DNA from: an uncultured Chloroflexia bacterium
GTDB taxonomy: Bacteria; Chloroflexota; Dehalococcoidia; DSTF01; WHTK01
Reading direction: 5' to 3'
Assembly: GCA_963711035.1 (NCBI GenBank)
Contig: CAVQCN010000001.1
Span: 816,900 to 880,899 of the forward strand
DNA: 64,000 nt
Part shown: positions 1 to 8,917 of the stretch, piece by piece
How the letters are laid out: each line of letters opens with the position of its first letter
Position numbering within the stretch: position 1 is the stretch's first letter
The notes under the pieces: generated by a model
Database searches by the model: none
What the model was told of the DNA's origin: nothing
The model's input: only the letters and a program-made list of their open reading frames with translations
Made by a program: the position numbers and the translations under genes

Positions 1-1
1 C

Positions 2-214
2 CATCCTGCACAGCTCACGGAGCCGGAATGGACCGCCTCCATCGATATCGACCAGGACCTCTCGGCCCGCTCACGCCGTGCCGTCGTCGACCTGGCCAAG
101 AAGCTGAACGGCATGGTCGCCGCGGCGCACTTCAACGCCCCTGGCTCGCCCGTTTTCGGCCACATCCTCGAGATCGAAGGGCGCAACTACTGGCGCGGCG
201 TCGATCTGCCCTGA
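2..214 (+). CDS. 3' end of a CDS entering from upstream of the window (unidentified; ends ...GHILEIEGRNYWRGVDLP*)
   Basis: Open frame from the window edge with GC-rich third positions, stop TGA 212-214. It is absent from the ORF track because it has no start in the window. Track ORF 28..261 is in another frame and looks spurious. Confidence 0.4.
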   Translation, partial: HPAQLTEPEWTASIDIDQDLSARSRRAVVDLAKKLNGMVAAAHFNAPGSPVFGHILEIEGRNYWRGVDLP

Positions 215-257
215 GCAGCGCCCCGCTTGAAGAGCTAGACCAGACAGGAGAACGACC

Positions 258-1178
258 TTGACCACTTCGACATCCACGTTGACCCTGAAGACGGCGCTGG
301 GCAGCTACCCCTACGTGCAGGCGCTGCGCGATGGCACCATCAAGCCCGAAGGCATCGAGCTGCAGTTCGCCGACCTGCCCAACGGCGTCGTGCCTGCCTT
401 CCGGCGCATGTGCCGCAACCTGGAGTACGACGTGAGCGAGATGGCGGTCGTCACCTACCTGGCCGCCAAGCGCTACGGCCTGCCCTTCACCGCCATCCCG
501 GCCTTTCCCAACGCGCGCTTCCACCACGCCGGCATCCTCTACAACGTCAACTCCGGCGTTTCGACCCCGAAGGACTTCGAGGGCAAGAAGGTGGGCGCCC
601 GCTCCTACACGCTGACGCCGGCGGTCTACGCGCGCGGCATCCTGCAGAACGAGTACGGCGTCGACCTCGACAAGGTGACGTGGGTCATCGCCGACGAGGA
701 GCACGTCGACCAGTACCACGCCGACATGCCCGCTAACGTCGAGCGCGTGTTGGGCGCCGACCTGGTGCAGATGCTGGCGGATGGCGAACTGCAGGGCGGG
801 CTCAACATGATGCGGTACGACAGCCCGAACATCAAACAGCTCATCCCCAACCCGGCCGAGGCCGATCGTGCCCAGTACGAGCGAGACGGCATCGTGCCCA
901 TCGACCATTGCATCGTGATCAAGGACGAGCTGCTGGCCCAGCATCCGTGGCTGGCCGAGGCGTTGTATCGCGGCTTCGCCGAAGCCCGCAAGGCGTTCTT
1001 CGCCGCCAACCCGGGCGCCAGCGTCGGCGCCGCCAGCGTCGTCGGCAACGGCGACCCGCTACCCTACGGCTTCTCCGCCAACCTCAAGGGCATCGACCTC
1101 GCTACGCAGCTGTCGCTGGAGCAGAAGATCATCGACAAGCAGTACAAGGCCGAGGAGCTCTACCTGCCGTTCGACTAG
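258..1178 (+). CDS. 4,5-dihydroxyphthalate decarboxylase-like / periplasmic-binding-fold (NMT1-like) protein
   Basis: 306-aa ORF with a TTG start. From memory, the layout (LTLKTALGSYPYVQALRDG..., FRRM...EYDVSEM, AIPAFPNARFHH, YARGILQNEYGV) resembles the PhtD-type decarboxylase family. Confidence 0.55.
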   Translation: MTTSTSTLTLKTALGSYPYVQALRDGTIKPEGIELQFADLPNGVVPAFRRMCRNLEYDVSEMAVVTYLAAKRYGLPFTAIPAFPNARFHHAGILYNVNSGVSTPKDFEGKKVGARSYTLTPAVYARGILQNEYGVDLDKVTWVIADEEHVDQYHADMPANVERVLGADLVQMLADGELQGGLNMMRYDSPNIKQLIPNPAEADRAQYERDGIVPIDHCIVIKDELLAQHPWLAEALYRGFAEARKAFFAANPGASVGAASVVGNGDPLPYGFSANLKGIDLATQLSLEQKIIDKQYKAEELYLPFD

Positions 1179-1215
1179 GGGGCGAATCTATTAGTCGGCA
1201 GCCCGGCCGGGAGTT

Positions 1216-1376
1216 GTCATGCTGAGCGCAGCGAAGCATCTCCCCCCGGCCGAACCTACCATCAGACGACCAGGCGCGGAAAACTACCCAAATGCCGGGT
1301 CCTTCGCCCGGACCTGCGTTCATTCCAACGCAGGTCTGCCGAAGGGGAGATTCTTCGCCTGTCGGCTCAGAATGAC
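1216..1376. repeat. Nested palindromic element bounded by inverted copies of the family A repeat (GTCATKCTGAGC...GCGAAGMATCTC)
   Basis: GTCATGCTGAGCGCAGCGAAGCATCTCC at 1216-1243 and its inverted relative GAGATTCTTCGCCTGTCGGCTCAGAATGAC at 1347-1376. Inner hairpins are CCGGG/CCCGG (1295-1310) and GACCTGCG/CGCAGGTC (1311-1336). Related copies lie at 52208-52300. Confidence 0.7.
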
Positions 1377-1464
1377 ACCGCGCTCCCACCGCAAAGGCAT
1401 GAGACGCCCTGCGGAACGAGCTCCACTCCCTTATGACGGAGTACTCTGTACATAAGTGCGGGGC

Positions 1465-1503
1465 GTTAATGTCGCGTTAATGCTGGATAACCAGCCCTTA
1501 ACA
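1465..1503 (+). promoter_or_regulatory. Candidate Pho-box-like array: four hexamers in 11-bp register upstream of ppk1
   Basis: GTTAAT(1465-70) N5 GTTAAT(1476-81) N5 ATAACC(1487-92) N5 TTAACA(1498-1503). The first two units are an exact GCGTTAATG duplication with period 11. The array is an AT-rich island 98-136 nt upstream of the ppk1 ATG. Confidence 0.4.
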
Positions 1504-1600
1504 AAGCGCTCCTAAGCTTCTAGCCTGTATACAGCCCGCAGTAACGGATAGCTGTGTATACGCTCTGGCGTTTGGGTTCGCCAGACAAGGCACTGGGGAC

Positions 1601-3760
1601 ATGACCGAAGAAACGCTCTCCCAGGCTGTCACCGAACCGCCCCCACCCGCGGGGATCGATCTGAATGACCCCAGCCTCTACATCAACCGCGAGCTGAGCT
1701 GGCTCGAGTTCAACAAACGCGTCCTGGAAGAAGCCTGCGACACAAAGCTGCCGCTGCTCGAACGCGTGCGCTTCCTGTCGATCTTCGCCAACAACCTGGA
1801 CGAGTTCTTCATGATCCGCGTCTCCGGCCTGCGGCGGCAGGTTGCCGGCGGCGTCGTCGACATCCCGCCGGACGGCATGAGCCCGTCGCAGCAGCTGGCT
1901 GCGATCCGCCAGGACCTCAACCACCAGCTGGCGCAGCAGAGCCGCCTCTGGCAGGAGGACCTGCTGCCGAAGCTGCAGGCGGCGGGCATCCAGGTGCTGC
2001 GCTACTCGCAACTGCAGCCCAAACAGCGCGACCTGCTGCGCCGTTACTTCGAGCGCGAGGTCTTCCCGGTGCTGACGCCGCTGGCTTTCGACCCGGCTCA
2101 CCCCTTTCCGCACATCTCCAACCTCAGCCTCAACCTGGCCGTGGTAGTGCGCGACCCGCAGCACGGCGAGCGTTTCGCCCGCGTCAAGGTCGCGGACCCG
2201 CTGCCGCGCCTCATCCGGGTGCCGGACGAGAACCTGGTCGAGAACTACGAAGACCTCGGTATCACCGAGATCATGGCCGACAACTTCGTCTGGCTGGAGG
2301 AGATCGTCGCCGCCAACCTCGACATGCTCTTTCCCGGCCTCGAAGTCGTCGCGGCCTATCCCTTCCGTGTCACGCGCGACGCCGACCTCGAAATCAAGGA
2401 CGACGAGGCCTCTGACCTGCTGGTCAACGTCGAGGAGCACGTCGAGCTGCGCCACTTCGGCTCCGTCCAGCGTCTCGAGATCGACCAGGACACGCCGGAG
2501 CGCATCCGCGACGTGCTCATGCGCAACCTGGAGGTCGCGCCCTTCCAGGTCTACCAGTTCACGGAGCCGCTGGGCTTCGCCGATCTGCTGGAGCTGACGC
2601 GCATCGACCGCTCCAACCTCAAGTACCCGCCGGCGTTGCCTACCGTGCCTGCCATCCTCGAGGGCAAAGAGAGCATCTTCTCCATCCTGCAGCGCGAAGA
2701 CCTGCTGCTCTACCACCCCTACGACAGCCTCATGCCGGTCGTCGACTTCGTGCGAGAAGCGGCTGCGGACCCGGAGGTCGTCGCCATCAAGCAAACGCTG
2801 TACCGCGTCGGCGCCAACTCCCCCATCGTCGACGCGCTGATGGAAGCGCGCCAGAACGGCAAGCAGGTGGCAGTACTGCTGGAGCTCAAGGCCCGCTTCG
2901 ACGAAGAGAACAACATCGCCTGGGCCCGAGCCCTGGAAGACGAAGGAGTGCACGTCGTCTACGGCGTCCTCGGCCTCAAAACGCACGCCAAGGTCTGCCT
3001 CGTCGTGCGCCGCGAGACGGAGGGCCTGCAGCGCTACGTGCACATGGGCACAGGCAACTACAACACGATCACCAGCCGCATCTACACGGACCTCTCCTAC
3101 ATGACGTCCGACCCGACCATCGGCGCCGATGTCTCGGACCTGTTCAACGCCCTCACCGGCTATTCAGAGAAGCGCACCTACAGCAAGCTGCTCGTCGCCC
3201 CTGGCACCATGCGCCAGCAGGTCATCTCCCGCATCGAGCGCGAGATCGAGCGCCACAAGCAGCACGGCGACGGCTACCTCGCCTTCAAGATGAACGCCCT
3301 GGTCGATACACAGTGCATTCAGGCGCTGTACCGCGCCTCCCAGGCCGGCGTACGCATCGACCTGCAGGTACGCGGCATCTGCTGCCTGCGTCCGGGGCTG
3401 CCCGGCATCAGCGAGACGATCACGGTGACGTCGATCGTCGGGCGCTTCCTGGAGCATGCCCGCATCTACTACTTCCGCAACGGCGGCGAGGAAGAAGTTT
3501 TCCTCGGCAGCGCCGATCTCATGCCCCGCAACCTCGACCGACGCGTCGAAGTCCTCTTCCCGGTTGAGACGCCCAACCTGCGACAGACGATTGTCGAGGA
3601 CATCCTGCGCGTGCATCTGAAGGACAACGTCCAGGCGCGCCGTCTGCTGCCCAACGGCAGCTACGAGCGCCTTCGTCCGGCCCCTGGCGAGGCCGCCCTC
3701 AGTTCCCAGGAGTGGTTCCTGACTCACTGGCGCGAAGGTGGCGTGCGCCGGGACGAATAA
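1601..3760 (+). CDS. ppk1: Polyphosphate kinase 1
   Basis: 719-aa ORF with the typical PPK1 N-terminus (YINRELSWLEFNKRVLEEA), a full-length match to the family, and two C-terminal PLD-like regions. Confidence 0.97.
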   Translation: MTEETLSQAVTEPPPPAGIDLNDPSLYINRELSWLEFNKRVLEEACDTKLPLLERVRFLSIFANNLDEFFMIRVSGLRRQVAGGVVDIPPDGMSPSQQLAAIRQDLNHQLAQQSRLWQEDLLPKLQAAGIQVLRYSQLQPKQRDLLRRYFEREVFPVLTPLAFDPAHPFPHISNLSLNLAVVVRDPQHGERFARVKVADPLPRLIRVPDENLVENYEDLGITEIMADNFVWLEEIVAANLDMLFPGLEVVAAYPFRVTRDADLEIKDDEASDLLVNVEEHVELRHFGSVQRLEIDQDTPERIRDVLMRNLEVAPFQVYQFTEPLGFADLLELTRIDRSNLKYPPALPTVPAILEGKESIFSILQREDLLLYHPYDSLMPVVDFVREAAADPEVVAIKQTLYRVGANSPIVDALMEARQNGKQVAVLLELKARFDEENNIAWARALEDEGVHVVYGVLGLKTHAKVCLVVRRETEGLQRYVHMGTGNYNTITSRIYTDLSYMTSDPTIGADVSDLFNALTGYSEKRTYSKLLVAPGTMRQQVISRIEREIERHKQHGDGYLAFKMNALVDTQCIQALYRASQAGVRIDLQVRGICCLRPGLPGISETITVTSIVGRFLEHARIYYFRNGGEEEVFLGSADLMPRNLDRRVEVLFPVETPNLRQTIVEDILRVHLKDNVQARRLLPNGSYERLRPAPGEAALSSQEWFLTHWREGGVRRDE

Positions 3761-3792
3761 GAGGACTATGATCGATTGAGTGAGGAGTAAGC

Positions 3793-5412
3793 ATGCCAGC
3801 AACTGACCCGCACACAGTTGCCTTCATGGACATCGGCACCAACTCCATCCGTCTGTTGGTGGTGCAGATCAGTCCCAATCATTCCCACAAAATCCTCACT
3901 CAGCTCAAGGAAACGGTCCGCCTCGGCGAGGGTGAGTTCAACGAGCAGCAGCTGCAGCCTGATGCCATCGACCGGGCCGTGCTCGTCGCGCAACAGTTCG
4001 CGATCATGGCGCGCTCCTTCGGCGCCGTAGAGATCATCGCCGTCGCCACCGCCGCCACACGCGAGGCCAAGAACCAACGCATCTTCCTGCGCCGCCTCGA
4101 GCGCGACGCCCGCATCGACGTGCACGTCGTCTCCGGCCTGGAGGAGGCGCGCCTCGTCTACCTCGGGGTCGTCAATGGCCTGCACCTGGACCAGAAGCAG
4201 GCGCTGTTCGTCGATATCGGCGGTGGCAGCACCGAGGTCATCGTCGGCGGCCAGGAGGACTACAGCTACCTCAACTCCCTGAAGCTGGGCGCCATCCGCC
4301 TCAGCACTCGCTTCCTGAGCGACAGCACCGGCCCGATCTCGCGCCGCACGTACGAGCAGATCCGCGACTACGTGCGCAAGAACGCCTCTCGTACCCTGCG
4401 CGAGCTGCGCGAGCAGCGCACCGACTTCGTGGTCGGCAGCTCCGGCACCATCGAAAACCTGGCAGACATCGCCGTGCGCATGATCTCCAACCGCCCGTGG
4501 CAAAAGGACGACGTGCTGACCTACCAGCAACTGCAGCGTGTCATCACCTACCTCTGCTCCCTGCCCCTGGAGGAGCGCCGCAAAGTGCCGGGCATGAACC
4601 CGTCCCGCGCCGACATCATCATCGGCGGCGCCGCGGTCCTCGACACGCTGATGGACGAGCTCAACCTGACCGAGCTGCGCGTCAGCGACCGCGGGCTACG
4701 CGACGGCCTGCTGGTCGACTACCTGCTGCGCATGGACCACACACCGCTAGTCGAGAGCACGTCGGTGCGCTACCGCAGCGTGCTGCAGCTGGGCCGCACC
4801 TGCCGCTTCGACGAAGACCACGCCATGACCACGGCGCGGCTGGCGCTGGCGCTGTTCGACAGCGGCCGCGAGCTCGGCTTGCACAAGCTGGGCGACGAGC
4901 AGCGCGAGCTGCTGGAGTACGCCGCCATCCTGCATCACATCGGCGCTTTCCTCACGTTCAGCAGCTATCAGCACCACACCTACTACCTGATCCGCAACGC
5001 GGAGCTGCTGGGCTTCGACCAGCAGGAAATCTCCATCATCGCGACGACGGCGCTCTATCACCGCGGCTCGCTGCCGCGGCGCAAGGAGCCCGAGTTCGGC
5101 GGCCTCAGCTCGCGCGACCAGCAGATCGTGCGCACGCTCTGCATGTTGCTGCGCCTGGCGGAGAACCTGGACCGCAGTCAGGCGTCCGCCATCCGAGAGG
5201 CGCGCTTCGAGGCGCTGGGCGGCGACCGCATCGCTTTGCGTCTCTACGCCACGCAGGAGTGCCAGGTGGAGCTCTGGGGCCTGGAGAACCAGCGCGCCGC
5301 CTTCGAGAAGGTATTCGGCAAGCGCCTCTTCATCGAAGCCGGCCCCTTCCCGGTCGAGGACGGCCGGACGGTCGAAACGGACGAACGCGAGTCAGTGCTC
5401 GCAGGGCGCTAA
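3793..5412 (+). CDS. ppx: Ppx/GppA family exopolyphosphatase with C-terminal HD-like domain
   Basis: 539 aa. The N-terminus FMDIGTNSIRLLVV and DIGGGSTE are actin-like ATPase motifs. It sits directly downstream of ppk1. Confidence 0.9.
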   Translation: MPATDPHTVAFMDIGTNSIRLLVVQISPNHSHKILTQLKETVRLGEGEFNEQQLQPDAIDRAVLVAQQFAIMARSFGAVEIIAVATAATREAKNQRIFLRRLERDARIDVHVVSGLEEARLVYLGVVNGLHLDQKQALFVDIGGGSTEVIVGGQEDYSYLNSLKLGAIRLSTRFLSDSTGPISRRTYEQIRDYVRKNASRTLRELREQRTDFVVGSSGTIENLADIAVRMISNRPWQKDDVLTYQQLQRVITYLCSLPLEERRKVPGMNPSRADIIIGGAAVLDTLMDELNLTELRVSDRGLRDGLLVDYLLRMDHTPLVESTSVRYRSVLQLGRTCRFDEDHAMTTARLALALFDSGRELGLHKLGDEQRELLEYAAILHHIGAFLTFSSYQHHTYYLIRNAELLGFDQQEISIIATTALYHRGSLPRRKEPEFGGLSSRDQQIVRTLCMLLRLAENLDRSQASAIREARFEALGGDRIALRLYATQECQVELWGLENQRAAFEKVFGKRLFIEAGPFPVEDGRTVETDERESVLAGR

Positions 5413-6531
5413 TCAGGCAGCAGCGTTCGGCGCCAGCATCGCCTCCGACACACAAACGCGGTCGCGTCCGGCGTGCTTCGCCTCGTAGAGTGCGGCGTCA
5501 GCGGCGCCAAAGACGGCCTTGTAGCTGAACGGTTCGCCCGGCGCCGTGGCAGCTACGCCAAGGCTCATCGTGATGGCGTGGCCGCCCATGGGCGCTGCAG
5601 CTACGGCGGCCCGGATGTCCTCGGCCCGTCGAACAGCCTCGTCGAGGCCAACGCCAGGCAACAAAATGAGGAACTCTTCACCGCCAAGACGATAGATGAG
5701 GTCGAAGGCCCGCATCTCTTTTCGCATCTGGTAGGCAACGTCTTGCAGAACGTTGTCTCCTACGGCATGCCCGTACGTGTCGTTAATCCGCTTGAAGTGA
5801 TCGAGGTCGCCGGTAATTACGGCGACCGGCTGCCTCGTCACAGCCGCCTGGTGTTCCAGCTCAGCCACTCTCAGGGCGAGTGCGCCCCGGTTCAGCAGAG
5901 AAGTGAGCGGATCCACCACCGCGGCGGCGCGATACCTCAGCTCCGAGCGCATCAGCACCGTCTGAAACAGCGAGACGCAGAGCAGCAACGTGATGGGTGC
6001 GATGACCAGCGGCGGCGTCTCGATGACCGCATGGGCATCCACGCCGAAGGCGACGGCGAGGAGCAAAACGATGGCGATAGACGTCCCGGCGACGATGCCT
6101 CGCTCTGAGAAGCGCGCGCCGAGGGTCAGCAACGGTATCGCGAACCAAGACATCGTTGGGATCGTGGGGCCGCCGCTCAGGGCGACGCTCAGGCCGAGAA
6201 TCACCTCTGACGCCGTCCAGGCGGCGAACAGCGCGTACTCCGGCCGCTCCATGCGGTCGAAGCGCGCCTCGGCGATACGAAAGAGGACCGCGGCGATGCC
6301 AATCGGGAGCAGGGTCCACCAGCCGAGCCAAGGCCCGCAGAGGATCAGGGCAATCGAGAGGACGACGAAGACGCCGGTGCGTATGGGTCGCAGGTAGCGG
6401 TCCAGCTCCAGCATGCGGACGCGATCGACGCCATCGACAAAGAGCCACGACTTCTCGTCCATAGTGAAAGCTTCGGCTCTTGAATCGTCACGGTTGAGGG
6501 AATCGAGGAGGCCAAACGGCCTCAACTTCAT
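5413..6531 (-). CDS. Membrane-bound diguanylate cyclase (GGDEF domain, GGEEF active site, RxxD I-site present)
   Basis: The C-terminus carries DHFKRINDTYGH...RAFDLIYRLGGEEFLILLPG, preceded by several TM helices. I trimmed the start to ATG 6531 (alternative 6462), because the track start 6738 overlaps the upstream gene and lies beyond its terminator. Confidence 0.85.
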   Translation of the reverse strand: MKLRPFGLLDSLNRDDSRAEAFTMDEKSWLFVDGVDRVRMLELDRYLRPIRTGVFVVLSIALILCGPWLGWWTLLPIGIAAVLFRIAEARFDRMERPEYALFAAWTASEVILGLSVALSGGPTIPTMSWFAIPLLTLGARFSERGIVAGTSIAIVLLLAVAFGVDAHAVIETPPLVIAPITLLLCVSLFQTVLMRSELRYRAAAVVDPLTSLLNRGALALRVAELEHQAAVTRQPVAVITGDLDHFKRINDTYGHAVGDNVLQDVAYQMRKEMRAFDLIYRLGGEEFLILLPGVGLDEAVRRAEDIRAAVAAAPMGGHAITMSLGVAATAPGEPFSYKAVFGAADAALYEAKHAGRDRVCVSEAMLAPNAAA

Positions 6532-6554
6532 CGCCAGATGTCGAGGCACAACAA

Positions 6555-6589
6555 AAAGAGGCCGCCCCGCACGTCGAGGCGGCCTCTTT
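6555..6589 (-). terminator. Rho-independent terminator downstream of the thiolase gene
   Basis: Perfect 12-bp stem AAAGAGGCCGCC/GGCGGCCTCTTT (6555-6566 and 6578-6589). On the minus strand it is followed by TTTTGTTGTG. Confidence 0.7.
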
Positions 6590-6673
6590 GTCGGTTTTCG
6601 GACTGTCCACGGCCGGCCTTCCCCTTCTCGCGACGGCCTAGGCCTATCGCGCGAGTGTGCCGCCGAGCAGTGG

Positions 6674-7921
6674 CTAATCGGCGACCAGGACGATGGTTCC
6701 CGTGGTCGAGAGGCTGCCGCCGGTGCCGTTGACGACACAGGTCTCGGCCTTGACTTGCTTGCCGGGCAAGCCGTTGACGCCGTCTTCGGCCGTGCCTGAG
6801 AGCTGGCGATAGGCCTCGACTAGCAGCTGCATGCCGTACATGCCCGAGTGGTTGAAGGAGAGCCCGCCGCCGTTCGTGTTGATCGGCAGACGGCCGCCCG
6901 GCGCGGCATCGCCGTTCTTCCAGAGCATGTAGCCCTCACCGCGCGGCGCCAGGCCCAGCATTTCCGCTGTGATGCCGGCCGTGATCGTGAAGGAGTCGTA
7001 GATCATGGCCATCTCCATGTCCTCCGGCCCCAGGCCCGCCATCTTGTAGGCGGCGGCCGAGGACGCGGCGGCCGAGGTCGCCGTGAAATCGCCCATCTCG
7101 ATCATGTTGGAGTGGCTCATGTTCTCGCCGGCGCCGGCGATCCACACCGGCTTCGTCTTGACGCTGCGGGCGATCTCCGGGCTCGTCACCAGGATGGCGC
7201 CGCCGTAGTCGCAGACCAGGCAGCAGTGCAGCAGCGTCAGCGGCCAGGAGATGGGCCGCGAGTTCTGCACGTCCTCGATGGTGATCGGCCCGCCGAAGGG
7301 ATGCGTCTCCTTCGAATGCATGACTGCACGAGGATTCAGCGTCGCCCACTGCCGCGTCACGACGGCGATGTGCGCGAAGTCCTCCGGCGTCGTGCCGTAG
7401 CGGTAGTTGTGCCGCGTCATAGCGTGCGAGTAGGCGGACGGAGCGCCGGCGGCGCCGTACGCAACCGTCATCTGGTTCTGCGGCGACCAGATGTCGACTG
7501 GCGCAGCGCTGCCGCCGCGGCCTCGACCGTTGCGGTTGCGCGAGGAGTAGCCAGCCTCGCCGTGGCTGATCAGCGCCACATCGATGATGCCGGCGTGGAT
7601 CGCGGCGAGTGCGTGGTGCACGTGCATCTCGAAGGAGCAACCGCCGACCGCCGTCGTGTCGATGTAGGACGGGTGCAGCCCCAGGTGCTCGGCCAGCTCG
7701 GACGGCCAGCCGGCGCCGAACATGCCGTTGATGCGCGAGATCGGGATGCCCGTCTGGTCACTGACGTTCTTGATCGCCTCGATGTGCAGTTGGAGAGAGG
7801 TCTTCGGGTCCTCGGGGTAGCCGATCTCGTTCGCCTCAGCAGCGCCGACGATGGCCGCCGCCATCGAAACGGTGCGGCTCTCCGGCCGGATCAGGACCTC
7901 AGGGGAAATCATGTCAGCCAT
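6674..7921 (-). CDS. Thiolase-fold protein (SCP-x / lipid-transfer-protein type)
   Basis: 415 aa with thiolase-like sequence (VGGCSFEMHVHHA..., NTNGGGLS). It is paired with an upstream DUF35 gene, as is typical for this subfamily. Confidence 0.85.
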   Translation of the reverse strand: MADMISPEVLIRPESRTVSMAAAIVGAAEANEIGYPEDPKTSLQLHIEAIKNVSDQTGIPISRINGMFGAGWPSELAEHLGLHPSYIDTTAVGGCSFEMHVHHALAAIHAGIIDVALISHGEAGYSSRNRNGRGRGGSAAPVDIWSPQNQMTVAYGAAGAPSAYSHAMTRHNYRYGTTPEDFAHIAVVTRQWATLNPRAVMHSKETHPFGGPITIEDVQNSRPISWPLTLLHCCLVCDYGGAILVTSPEIARSVKTKPVWIAGAGENMSHSNMIEMGDFTATSAAASSAAAYKMAGLGPEDMEMAMIYDSFTITAGITAEMLGLAPRGEGYMLWKNGDAAPGGRLPINTNGGGLSFNHSGMYGMQLLVEAYRQLSGTAEDGVNGLPGKQVKAETCVVNGTGGSLSTTGTIVLVAD

Positions 7922-7924
7922 CGC

Positions 7925-8344
7925 TTAACCTCCCTCGACCACGCGCCAGAACGGGATGTGGACATCGTCGCTGGCCGGCTCGAACTCGACTTTGACGGGC
8001 GCACCGACCTTGATCGTCTCCGGCTTCGTCGGGTCGACGCCGCGCAGGACGGTGAACATGCGGTCGCCCTCTTTGAGGTCGATGTAGGCCGAGACGAAGG
8101 GCGTCTCGTTGGCCCAGCCGCCGAAGGCGCGGTGCTGCACCGCGAAGGTGTGGATCGTGCCCTCGCCGCTGCCTTCCACCCACTCCAGGTCCGTCGAGTG
8201 GCAGAAGGGGCAAATGTGCCGCGGGTACCAGTGCACCCGGTTGCAGTTGGTGCAACGCGGGAGCATGAGCTTGCCCTGCTTGGCGCCGTCCCAGAAGGGC
8301 TGCGTCAGGGGGCTGGGTTCGGGGATGGGCTTGTCGTAGGGCAT
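7925..8344 (-). CDS. DUF35 OB-fold / zinc-ribbon protein (thiolase partner)
   Basis: MPYDKPIPEPSPLTQPFWDG...CTNCNRVHWYPRHICPFCHS. Start trimmed to ATG 8344, which is preceded by GGAGG. Its stop is 3 nt before the thiolase start. Confidence 0.85.
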   Translation of the reverse strand: MPYDKPIPEPSPLTQPFWDGAKQGKLMLPRCTNCNRVHWYPRHICPFCHSTDLEWVEGSGEGTIHTFAVQHRAFGGWANETPFVSAYIDLKEGDRMFTVLRGVDPTKPETIKVGAPVKVEFEPASDDVHIPFWRVVEGG

Positions 8345-8506
8345 ACTGCCGCCTCCTACCGTTCTAGCTTGTCGTGCGCTCCGCTCCTGCCGGCGGCGCG
8401 AGGCCTCGCCAGGAAAGGGGCCGTTTCCAGACATACGGGGCTTGGGGTGCTGACCCAGCGCGATTCTACGCGCGCGTAGGAGGGCGGGCAAGCTGAACGA
8501 GGCTGC

Positions 8507-8854
8507 TCAGAAGCCGCCCTCGTTGCGGCGAGAACCGCCGTCTTCACCGTGGATGACCTGCAACGCCGTTTCGAGGTCCCGGCGAAAGACGCGCACCTCG
8601 TAACCGGTCTGAAGGTCCTGCGCCGCATAGACCGCCCCTGCAGCAGACGGAATGGCGTTCAGCATCGCGGGAATGCCTTCTTTGTCGAGCATGTCCTTCC
8701 AGATCGAGGCTTCGATTTCGCTATCCGCCACGTCGAGCACGACGATTTCGCCGCCCCCACGCTCGTCGCGACGCAGCTCTCGGCAACGGTCACAGAGCTT
8801 GCGCCACGGGTTCAGCGTCTTGAAGGGCCGGTAACAGCTGCAGATCTTCTCCAT
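8507..8854 (-). CDS. Small hypothetical protein, possibly DUF2007-like with an N-terminal Cys cluster
   Basis: 115-aa ORF with genome-typical codon bias. It carries CxC...CxxC at the N-terminus. No confident family call. Confidence 0.45.
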   Translation of the reverse strand: MEKICSCYRPFKTLNPWRKLCDRCRELRRDERGGGEIVVLDVADSEIEASIWKDMLDKEGIPAMLNAIPSAAGAVYAAQDLQTGYEVRVFRRDLETALQVIHGEDGGSRRNEGGF

Positions 8855-8917
8855 CTCGCTAACGATGAGGATAGCATCAACAGCAGGGGCGGACAGGCGC
8901 TACAGAAGAAGCTCGTC

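Noticed and set aside
1520-3043. Long antisense or alternative-frame ORFs opposite clear genes (e.g. 1520..3043-, 6848..8479+, 13162..14394-, 37666..39330+, 44168..46066-, 52769..54085-, 56904..58034-, 61659..63155+).
   Set aside because: Their translations are Arg/Ala/Gly/Pro-rich with no family resemblance. Each lies opposite a gene with an unambiguous family match. This is the typical stop-codon-poor artefact of high-GC DNA.
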